Part shown: positions 23,950-34,983 of the stretch, piece after piece
How positions within the stretch are numbered: the stretch's first letter is position 1
Layout: each line of letters opens with the position of its first letter
DNA from: Macrostomum lignano
Lineage: Eukaryota
Length of the DNA stretch: 49,842 bases
Direction: 5' to 3'
Assembly (NCBI GenBank): GCA_002269645.1
Contig: NIVC01004337.1
Coordinates: forward strand, 1-49,842
The notes under the pieces: generated by a model
Databases searched by the model: none
What the model was told of the DNA's origin: nothing
The model's input: only the letters and a program-made list of their open reading frames with translations
Translations under genes and position numbers: made by a program

Positions 23950-26900
23950 ATTATTTTTATATGTATCACTTCAGATCTACTTCGTAATTCTCTTACTACT
24001 CAATATTTTCCTTCTCAGTAGTCTATATGGTACACACTTCTGTCTACTTCACTCCCCTATTGGAATAAGTTTCAAAAACCCGCGGACGCGCGACACAGGT
24101 GCCAAAATTGTGCCCTCAAAAGTGCAACGCGACACCAAATTTTATTGACTGGGGGGGGGGCGGCAACGCGCGACACAACACCGATGTCTGTTGACCGAAT
24201 GACTGGGGAGGGGGGGGAAGGACGCCACAGCAGCCACGTTGCAATTGATAATTCTCGTTCTGCTGTTCACTCCCGACACCAAGACCATGGAGCAAGGGAC
24301 AAGAGTATTCCTTTCAATTTCGCGGAAAAAGAAATGAAATTTAAAAACAATAAACAGTAAAACAACAAAGGTACAACAGTTAGAAAAACAGCGCATGCAT
24401 TGTAACTAACAAGTAACATTTCTAAAAATTATATTTGAAGTATTAGTTATTTTACCGTCAAAATAAAAAAGAACAATTCAAGAATTAGTTTTTATCAAAC
24501 ATGTTTGAAACATTTAAATACTGAGAAACAACCGTGAACATATTATTACAATGAAACACAGTTTGCGAGGTTTTGGCTACAGATCTAGGCCGCAACGCGA
24601 CACATGACGACACCAGCCGCCAAGTTGCCACACTTTTGCGTCTTGTGTCGTGTCGCGCGACATGACGCATGATGATACCAGGTTTCCACAGTGTCGCGCG
24701 ACGCTACACACCACTTGAGACCACTGTTGCGCGACGCGACACCAGGAGAATCCAAAAATGCGATGGACGGTAGTCTGGGTTTTGTCAACTTATTCCAATA
24801 TGGCTTCACTCTTATTTCAACAAATAAAAAACTCGGAAAACATCTTTCAATATTTACTTGAAACACTTCTTAACTATATTACTGTTTAAACTGCAAAAAC
24901 AAATTGTGAAACGAGACCAAACAGGTTGCTCTTCTCTCAGCAAAATTCGCTTCTATTTATACCAATTTTTAGGTCTAGTTTTAACAAAAAATAAATTGTG
25001 AAAATATTTTGGAAAATGTGAATAATAAAACAAAATGTCATTCTTAGTTTTAGCACAAGTTTAAAATGCGTACTAGCAATTGAATTTTTTACATAAAATG
25101 AGAAGGGCCTTCCTCATAATGTTATAGTAATAAATTTCTATAAATAATAAATTTGTCAACTTAAGTTTAGTATAAAAAAGTATAGCAACGTAATTCTTAA
25201 AACTAGTATGCCATTGAAATTGAGTGAAAGCTACTGTAAATTAATTATTTTAAATAAATTAAATTAAATTAAATTTTAAATTATAGATTTGTTAACCTAA
25301 ATTTTTCTTATGGAAATGCTGTGCTTTTTTGCTGGGTTTTTAATGCTTTTTTGATTCACCTTTGTGAAATGTATGATGTACAAAACCTAATTAATCAAAA
25401 ATCAAAATTTCAATAATAAAAAATTGAAATTGAATATATTCGAGTATAAAAACTTAAATCTGCACTTTTTAATAGTGGACTTTGTGGGTGCTCAGATCAT
25501 TGGCACAAATTGGAGCTTACTTAATTGAATACTTGTTTAGCAAATCATGTAATCACAAATGTATTACAAATCATGAATCAAACAACATGCAGTTGACAAA
25601 TTTTACCTGTTGACAAATTTACTAGTTGACGAATATACTACAGTTGACAGCAGTTGACGAGTCTACCAGCACCTATAGCCTATAGGCTATATGCTAGGCC
25701 TAGGCCTATTAGCCAATAATATATAGCAAAATATTATTAACATTGCTTTAGGACTTTCACTGACATTGCTAGCTATTATTATTACAAGCTATAGCAATAT
25801 ATCTATGATTATATATAAATAATATTCTATAGGCCCTCTATAAATTGCAATAAATATTTATAACAATCAATGTCTATCAACTTAAATGCTTTATGGACTT
25901 TTATTTCTTTTCTTTTTTATCTCTCCTTTTTTCTTACTTATTTCTAGTGTTCTGTCATAAGGAGGGTCCATGTACCGTAGCCATAGCCATAAGCAAGACT
26001 AAGCAAAACTACGGCTTACTCCAATTCTCCATAATCCGTAGCCATAGGGACCCCGAAATTACCATATTCCCGTAGTTCCCATAGCCATAGTTTTAACAAA
26101 AAGTCTAAAAAACAAAATATTTGAATAAAGAAGATAACCTAGTGCTTAAACAACTGCAAATTAAATTAGAAAATAAAAGAAACACTTAATTGTCTTTAAG
26201 ATTATATTTTGTCTTTTTTCAGAGCAACAATGCTTAATCGTTATTGAAAGTACTAATGCTAAAAATTTTACACATTAATAAAAATTAGAGTTTGCTAGTG
26301 TTTTATTGTATATTTTATAAGTTTCTAGGTTGATAATACAGTTTACTAAAAGTATCTTTGTTTTACTCTACATGTTTCTAATATTCTTTTCAATTTTTAA
26401 CATTAATAACTATGGCTACGGGAATCTACGGAAAGTGACAGCAACTACCATATTTCCATAGTCGTAGCCGTAAGAGCAGCTAGCTACCGTAGGCGTATCC
26501 GTAGCTACCATAGGCACCTATTTTACTGTATTTTCTGTAGGATCCCGTAGCCATAGCTATGGCTACAGCAGAACACTAGCATTATCATTATCACCTGTTT
26601 TTTGTGCTAATATGTCAAATTGAATTGCCAATATATTTTTGTTTTCTACTCTGTTTAGCCACTATCTGTGCTTAAATTTTCTGTGCCAGTGTGGTGAGCT
26701 AGATTTTCTATGCCACATTAGAGTCTAGTAGGGCTTTCTCTATAATAATCATAATGATGCCACCAGCTATGGTAGGGCTACTTCTTCAAATTCCTACCCT
26801 GTAAATTTCCTAAACGCTACCACCAAATTTGTAACAGTACTGATTTCTGTTTTATTTAATTTATTCCACTGCTGACACCAAAGTTGTTCTAATAGTCCCC

Positions 26901-28092
26901 ATAATTCTTGTACTTTTACAGATATTTGTACTTCTAGTAGCATATATCTACTGGTAGCGCATGTAAAAATCTACTGGTAGCATATGTATATGTACTGTAT
27001 TTCTGTACTACTGTACCATACTCAGACTCTGAGTCTTGACTATTCTACCCTATGGTAGGATTTCTACCTTCTAAGGGTGATTTCTCAGATTTTAAATCTA
27101 GATGTCTCATTCTCTAAGAACAGATTGAATTCTCCCAATCTTTGGGCTATTCCTAAGTCACTATCTACTACTCGAAATAAGTAACATAAGAGCAAATACA
27201 AGCCCTGAGGCTGATTGACTTTCTTTTCCAAATATAATAACTGGAGAGATGCTTTGCAAGCTATGATTATAAGAACAGTTATTGTTCAATTAAACATGAA
27301 AATGAGGATGATTTATTTGACTAGGCTCTCAGATGGCCCCTATTTATAGTAAAATTTCTCCTTACTATTTTAAACAAAAAAAACAAATATAAAATATACA
27401 AAATATACAAAATTTTTCTAATATTTGTATAGTATAACAAACAATAGAGTTTTAAATTTTTACATTTATAAGAAAGTCTATTAAAATGAAGCCTATTACA
27501 AGAGCTTAAATTTAAAAACTGCACTTGACAGTATTTGCCAAAAGGGCTAATTAATCCAATATCGTTTTATATGTAGAAAAATTATCTGCTTATCAAAAAT
27601 AGACAAAAATATGTTTTCTGGCCAATAGTTTTTTAATGAGTTTTGAAGACTAAATAAATTCTCTTTATAGTAAGAATTATTTTTAAATTATCAAACAATT
27701 TCTTATTATCATGGCTTTTTTATAAGCTTAGAACTATTGAAATTTTCCTTTTTGCTTTCACACTTTTCATTTTTCTGCCATTGTATATGATAAAAGACAA
27801 TTTACTGATTAAAGAAATCCATTTTTTCTTATATAGTAATTTTAAAGGAATACATTAAAGTAAAATTAAATGACATGCATTATTTCTTCATATTAGTATT
27901 TAGATAAAAATAAATTGTAGATAAAAAACAAATGTTTAGATTTTTGTTTTGGAAATAAAAGTAGTTTATAGTTTAATGTTAAATATCATAACTGTCTTCT
28001 TCCTCATTCATTTCGCATGTTATATGAGACCTGTTCTCTGCAAATCTGTGCTAGCAATTTTTGAAAGTCTTTTGCTTGTCTTACTTATCCAG

Positions 28093-29281
28093 GCTGCAGA
28101 ATCTGGACAAAAACAGCTTACTGGCACTCTGCCAGAAGCTTCTGAGAATGAGCCTGGATTGATTAAACACGAGCCTCTGGAGCCCGCAGGCCCAGCTGTG
28201 ATATCTCTAATTCACTCTGACGAATCCCAGGAGATGATGTTGTCCGCCTCACGAATGCACGCCTGCGCAACCTGTAACCTGCGCTTCAGCACTGCCTCTT
28301 CTCTCAAGTGCCACGAAAAAGTGCATGTGGAAAAAGAGACCATTGTCTGTGTGTTCTGTGGACTGGTGTTGAATGCCATGTCGCAGTTGAATTTGCACAT
28401 GCTCAATGAGCATCGCGATGTGAGTACGAAGGAGGAGCATGGAAGCCAGCACCATTGCGAGGAATGCGACCGCTACTTTGCAACTGCCCGCAGCTTGCGG
28501 CATCACCAGCAGATCCGCCACCTCAAGGAGGGGCTAATCCAATGCGATGTGTCTGGCTGTGATGCCAAGTGAGTAGCTGGATTTATATAAATTACTCTTA
28601 GATAAGTAGATTGTCCTTAAAATTTACTCAACCAATCTTGTGCGTCTAATTGTTGGCTTTTTCGAATGGGTTAGTTATTAAAATGACCCAATATGCCTAG
28701 ACGAGTCTTCCGAGACGAATAGTCGCGCTTAAAGTGACAAGTGCAACTGTCCTCCATATTTCAGATTCAACACTAACTCCTGCTTGCGCAAGCACATCCA
28801 GCGAGTGCATCTCAAGCTACGGCCGCATGCATGTCCGATCTGTTCAAAGCGATTCAACGATACCAATGCTCTCACGGGTCATATGCGGGTGCATAGTGGT
28901 GAAAGACCGCACGAGTGCCCGGTTTGTAACAAACGATTCTCGGAGTCCACCACCTTAAAGAAGCACAAGCTGACGCACACCGGAGAGAAGCCGTATCAGT
29001 GCACCGTATGCTCCAAGCGCTTTGGCCAAATCGGCCACCTGCAGACGCACAAGAAAATCCACACCAACACGAAGGAGTTCAAATGCGATCAATGCGACCA
29101 GTACTTCCGCACTGGATCCGCTAGGCGTATGCACGCTCTACGGGCGCATTCAACTGAACGACCGTTTAGATGCGACTTCTGTGACAAAGGCTTCGTATCT
29201 GCGTGCAAGCTGCGCGAGCACAGGCAGAGGCATATTGCCAAGCTGGGCGCCAATCCTTCGTCATCAAGCTCCTCCGTTTGA
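28093..29281 (+). CDS. C2H2 zinc-finger protein with 9 fingers; exons 28093-28568 and 28765-29281; 5' exon or start uncertain
   Basis: Splicing AA|A across GT-AG intron 28569-28764 completes finger CDVSGCDAKFNTNSCLRKHIQRVH. Canonical linkers HSGERPHEC and HTGEKPYQC. An acceptor precedes 28093; ATGs occur further in (EMMLSASRMHAC). Confidence 0.9.
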
Positions 29282-29829
29282 GCACTCTCGCTCTGCGTAG
29301 TGTTGGGTTTACTTTAAGAGCCTCTCCTGCGGGTGTTAATTCCCCCGTATTTTCCGTAATATAAATTCCCGTTTTATTTGACTTTTTATTGCTTATTTGC
29401 TTAAAGATAGCACGTAATACAGTTTAGCAAATCTTGCTTGTATTCAGAGTACAATTAGCATTAAACTAGTAAAATTGATGGAATTTTCTTAATACATTAC
29501 TTCTTACTGACGCGTTCTTTGCTTGTACGTTTATGCTCGTATGCCTTCCTATTAAATCTTGACCTTTTCCTATCATTAGCTAGCTCAGTTTTATAATACG
29601 TAATTTGTTTAATCTTACATGCGCTCGTTTCGTTTGAACCTTGTAAGACATTTATATATGCTTATTGAAGACAAACTGCAATTATGCTTAATTGTTAGAG
29701 GCTCAACGAGAGTAGCTATGCCCTTGAACTTTTGGGATAATGAGCTGTGCATCTGCAGACACTGTTAAATGCTTTTGCTGGTTGTGGCGACCGTGTATGC
29801 TTTGATTGCTGTAATCATGGTGAGAGCCA

Positions 29830-29985
29830 GTTTCCCAAGTCTCCATGAGCACTAGCTTGGACCAGCGATTCTGTGAGGAATGCAGGCAGTAAGGTTTCCC
29901 AAGTCTCCATGAGCATTAGCTTGGACCAGCGATTCTGTGAGGAATGCAGGCAGTAAGGTTTCCCAAGTCCATGAGCATTAGTTTA
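29830..29985. repeat. 64-bp tandem repeat, ~2.4 copies
   Basis: GTTTCCCAAGTC at 29830, 29894 and 29958. Confidence 0.9.
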
Positions 29986-30534
29986 GGCCTTGTTGAAGGC
30001 TATGACTATGTATGCGATTCATGTAGCCTACTCCAGTGCAGTGAATGTTGAAAGCCACGTTCCGCCGCACCCATTGCCGTCAGTATGCGCAACACTAACA
30101 CGGTACAAGCTCATTAGAAATATTTGGATACTTAATATTAGGTATACTTATTTAGATATTTAGATTTGATTGCGAAATTCTCAATAACTCGTTTTTATAG
30201 TGGCTAAATCGATTACTGTACTACGAGTTATACATTTTAAGTGCTTTATTATTACTCTTTAATATTTAAATTAGTTTTTCTAACAAATGCTGCAAATCGT
30301 TTTGCACTGTTAATCTGACGAGCTCTTGTCTCGTTTATCCGATTCAAACTTGCCTCATTTGCTCCTGTTCCTGCACTGCTATCCTTTGTTTCAGTCGATT
30401 GCGAGCACTGTGGGAGAAAATAATGTGATGCTGTCTTTGAGTGTGCCAATAAATAAGTACAGAAAAGTTTCCATCTTGTCTAGTTTTCATTTCAATGAAT
30501 ATTAAATTCCATTTTCACATTACTTTTAGGCTTT

Positions 30535-31608
30535 GTTGTTGTTGTTAAACGGGGGTGGGAAGCTTGGCTACCCGCGGATCAGCCCTTGGGGGGGGGGCTC
30601 TGCCGCAGAGGGGCACTACCAGGGGCCCAGACATTGGTAGTACAGGGCCCGAGATACCCCGAGACATGGAATTGGGCCCCAGCTTAAGCTAGGGAAAGAG
30701 CGAGGGACTTCAAGCCTACGGTACAAGACACCGCCAACCCAACAGTGGAATCAGGGACGGTGCTAGGACCGAGTCCACCCAGGCTACCCCCCAGCAGACA
30801 GGTCCTCGGGAGTGCGCGAAAAACAGAATTGGATTATTACTGAAAAGCCGTCCAAGAGCGGGAAACCCAGAAGTCTTGGAAAGGGCTAACTATTGGAGTG
30901 AGTCTGGAAGGCTTGTTTCCGAGGGGGAGACTCCAGGCGGATATAGCTACACCTCTATTGCTGCCAACCCAAGGGCATCGCCTATCCAGCTCATTATTGG
31001 GGGCCAGGCCAAGGGGGGGGGAGGGGCACAAGAAGCAAGAGGAAACCGGACTCAGCCGGTTTTCCCCGATTCGGGATGAACTTCCTACCCAGGACTCCAA
31101 TCCACTGTCAGAGATGAGAGCCAAGACACTAAAGCAGGGAGACAACCAGAGGAGCCAGCAGATGGACCAAGGACAGAGCAGGATGGACCGGGCAGGTAGG
31201 GCAGAGCTCATAAGTCCAAGATTGGAAAGCGACCACCGGAATTTAATTGGGGGAGGAGCACCTGAACCCTAACCCCGGGGCTCAGCCTCAGGGCTGGCAT
31301 CAACTGGGCTCTACCGTACACTTTAGTGAATGGTCGTCTTTCCTGCAGGGCGGGTGCGACCGGGGGGGCTCAAGCCCCGTTCTAGCCACACTGCAGTCCA
31401 GATCTCCAACTCACTCCAGGTACACCACCCCTAACCCAAGGCCGAGGGCCAAATAATTGGAATTACATTAAAAAAATAGGGTTTATTTTTAGATGGGCAC
31501 AGCCCCTCCGGGGCGGACCCTTAGAAATTGGCAAAGCCAATCAGATTGCGCACAACCCTTAGACAAGCTACCAGAGAGGCAACCAGGGTAAAAACAGTCA
31601 GAGACCGT
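30535..31608 (-). mobile_element. ~1.07-kb GC-rich retroposon-like insertion with 12-bp TSD and (AAC)n tail, no recognisable ORF
   Basis: CTTTTAGGCTTT at 30523-30534 and 31609-31620. GTTGTTGTTGTT at the left end reads as an (AAC)n 3' tail on the minus strand. Sharp GC rise relative to flanks. Orientation is inferred from the tail only. Confidence 0.7.
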
Positions 31609-31888
31609 CTTTTAGGCTTTAAGAAATTCTCTGCGTCGAACCGGCACTAAGTAAACTTCATCTAGCAACTTAAATAAGTTTTTGCTTTTAGTACAGCAGG
31701 TCATTAATTATTTACAGAAAATTCGCTGAGAAAATTAGTCGAATATACAAAAGATGAAGCTACTTAGTGAGTAGTAGAATGTGGTGTTTTAACCATATGT
31801 TAAGTAGTATAGGTAACCTATAACAATATTTAAAATGTTGAAAATTTCACGCTCAATGTCCGTTTTTACAGCTCGCAGCCCCGATAAG

Positions 31889-32326
31889 ATGCCGCTCGCC
31901 AAGGACCTTCTGCACCCATCGCTCACCCAGGAGAAAAGAAAGCACAAAAAGAAGCGCTTGGTTCAGTCGCCCAACTCGTGCTTTATGGACGTAAAGTGTC
32001 CAGGTGAGACTCGCTTAGCAATTTTATTTGAACCTCGTTGTTTTACAGTATTACTAGTGTGCACTGTATATTCAACGACATGCCTACCAGACGGTTTGAT
32101 AAAGTGCGAAGAGAATGTACACTTATAATTTTTAGCTTATAGAAATTTGCTTATTCAACGGCCAACGCTTGTCTCACTCACTGCAGGCTGTCTGAAGATC
32201 ACCACCGTGTTCTCCCACGCCCAGACTGTCGTTGTCTGCGCCGGCTGCAGCACCGTGCTGTGCCAGCCCACCGGCGGAAAGGCTCGCCTAACCGAGGGCT
32301 GCTCCTTCCGCAACAAGACTTATTGA
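31889..32326 (+). CDS. RPS27: 40S ribosomal protein S27 (eS27); exons 31889-32003 and 32187-32326 (84 aa)
   Basis: [11 protein letters not shown]...[22 protein letters not shown]|[41 protein letters not shown]. Phase-1 GT-AG intron and the expected length. Confidence 0.97.
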
Positions 32327-32794
32327 TGATTGATTGATTGACTCGGCGGGCTTGAGTGATGCTTGTTGTCTGATACGCTTGCTCTGGAGCAAGACTGCGG
32401 TGTTGATGTTTAGCAGCGGGGCATTGCTAAGGAAAATGTTTGACGTTGAAATAAACGTAGTGAAGTGTAGAACCAAATATCGATTTGGATCAAAGAAAAT
32501 GTTTTTGTTTTGATTTTATCGTTATTTCGAATGCGAGTAGATCCAGTTTGACATTAAGATCTAAGCATTCTAAGAATGGGTGCCGATGAGCATTCCAGGC
32601 TAAAAGCGCAGCTGATTTTCAAGTTCTCTAATAGTTAAAATTCCACTACAAGACAGAAAACTATCGCCGTCGCATCAGCGGTCATCAAATTACAAGTATT
32701 AAACGGTTTTCCGACGTTTCTTGTGTTTAGTTTTAATCGGTGAATTCAAGGAAAAAATCTAATATTTCTAATCACTTTTCTTTACACATCCTGC

Positions 32795-33210
32795 ACAGTC
32801 TGATGACATTGTACATTATACGTGTACATTTTCATTCTGTACGTACAGCTGCAGCATCTACATCTGATGACATGATACATGTATATATACATGTATTCGT
32901 ACTGTACATGTACGTGCAGCATCTGCAATCTGATGGCATGGTACGTGTACATTCATATTGTAACTGTACTACAGTATATGTGCACTCTTACAGCTGCAGC
33001 ATCTACAATCTGATGACATGGTACATACACACTGTACGGTACAGCTGCAGTGTCTATACAGTCTAATGTACGAGTTATATTGACATGGTAGATGTGTACT
33101 ATATTACTGTACATGTACAGTTCCAGCATCTATACACTCTGACTAAATGACATGGTACATGTGCACTCTACTGTTAGGTACAACTGCAGCATCTACAGCC
33201 CATTGTATTG
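32795..33210. repeat. Degenerate repeat cluster with core CAGCTGCAGCATCTACAATCTGATGACATGGTAC and variable TA/GTAC-rich linkers (~6-7 copies)
   Basis: The core recurs at irregular 45-85-bp intervals. Confidence 0.75.
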
Positions 33211-33811
33211 AATGACATTAGTGCGTGCAGTACCGTATATATAGTTCCAATAATTATAAAAAGTTATATACCCCATGTGCTCGCTCTTAATTATAAGTTT
33301 TAGAGTTTTGCAATTTCAGGCAATTGCATTCTGTGAGATCGGAACTTTAAGACATTCATGGACTTCTTAATTACATACATGTGGGTGTTAAAGATTAATT
33401 GAATTTCCTGATAATAGTAGTTGCGCTGCATGAGTTTCGTTTGTTATTAAAAATGAAAAAGATGATTGTAGGCCGAAGACCTTTCATATTTAAGATATTT
33501 GAAATTCTTTTCTAAACGTAAGATGATCAAATTGAAATTTCTTGGACATATTTTTCTTGTGAGTCATAAATTGTTCTGTTCTCCATTCATTAGGTTAGAA
33601 CTTCAGGTCGAAATTCCCGAAGCGATCCAAAACCATTCAGTTGTACTTGAGATAACATAAAAGGCAAACTCAAATATTACCACGAGCGTAGCTTTCGATA
33701 ACTTCAAAATGGCGCAGCCAATTCTATGAGTCCCAGCTTCCGCAGTCTGCACAGGGCGATAGCAACTACTTTTGCTTGTTTGTTGATCATCTTGCTTCAC
33801 TGATGCTACAA

Positions 33812-34450
33812 ATGGCACTAGAATCCCATAACAATGGCACTAGAATCCCATAACAATGGCACTAGAATCCCATAACAATGGCACTAGAAGCCCAGAGAAA
33901 TGACACTAGAATCCCATAACAATGGCACTATAGAAACCCATAGCAATGGCAATAACACTAGAATCCTGGCTATGACACTAGAAGCCCAGAGAAATGGCAC
34001 TAGAAGCCCAGAGAAATGACACTAGAATCCCATAACAATGGCACTAGAAGCCCAGAGAAATGACACTAGAATCCCATAACAATGGCACTATAGAAACCCA
34101 TAGCAATGGCAATAACACTAGAATCCTGGCTATGACACTAGAAGCCCAGAGAAATGGCACTAGAAGCCCAGAGAAATGACACTAGAATCCCATAACAATG
34201 GCACTATAGAAACCCATAGCAATGGCAATAACACTAGAATCCTGGCTATGACACTAGAAGGCCAGAGAAATGGCACTAGAATCCCATAACAATGTCACTA
34301 GAAGCCCAGACAAATGGCACTAGAAGACCAGAGAAATGGCACTAGAATCCCATAGAAATGGCACTAGAATCCCATAACAATGGCATTAGAATCCCATAAT
34401 AATGGCACTAGAATCCCAGAGAAATGGCACTAGAATCCTATAGAAATGAC
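33812..34450. repeat. 22-bp minisatellite (AATGGCACTAGAATCCCATAAC and variants) with higher-order blocks
   Basis: Units read directly. The block AATGGCACTATAGAAACCCATAGCAATGGCAATAACACTAGAATCCTGGCTATGACAC recurs three times. Confidence 0.95.
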
Positions 34451-34983
34451 ATCGTTCAAACGCAGAAGTGCGTCCAAAACAGCTTTGGTTCCTAAGTGCT
34501 TGGTTCTATAATTTTGCTTGTTTCTTTACTTCCATTTTTTATTTCCTGACTGCAGTTGCTCCTGCGCTCCTTTAGCTTTGGTCTGACCAGTTGTCTTGAT
34601 TTCCGCGTTTAAGCGCGGTGCCTCATTGACTTGTGACTTGTGGTGATTTACCAGTGGTGCAGCTTTCCCTCTATCTACCTATAGTAAATCTGAGTTGTTA
34701 CAAAATTAAATGGACACAGAGTGCTGTACGAATGTACATGAACACGCCAGGGAGTAGTACACAGTCTAGCCAGTAGACAGCATTTGAGAAGTGTGCGGTA
34801 CGCATACATGCTTTACAATAGCGTACCAGCAGCTTTAAAAGCGTGCATTTGTCTCCTAAATGTATTGGGCCTTCCGACTAGCTATCTGCATGGTCAGTGA
34901 TATACATTAGATGAACGGTTTTCTGCGTCACCTTGGAGAATTCAGTAAGCGTAGTCAGCATCGTCCATCGCAACACTTTGCGG

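Noticed and set aside
22365-24148. ORFs with SHFVG/KMTAD/AVILS repeats
   Set aside because: Translations of the 15-bp foldback arrays.
24070-24760. Element defined by clustered CGCGACAC motifs
   Set aside because: Motifs occur in both orientations, but no termini or TSD could be defined.
25945-26580. hAT-like MITE (CTAGTGTTCTG...CAGAACACTAG with GTAGCCATAG motifs)
   Set aside because: Only an 11-bp inverted match and no TSD; may be a relic but is not supportable.
27949-28092. Hydrophobic N-terminus of the zinc-finger protein
   Set aside because: AT-rich sequence ending in a polypyrimidine tract and CAG; more likely intron read in frame.
31265-31440. Telomeric repeat
   Set aside because: Only isolated single CCCTAA hexamers.
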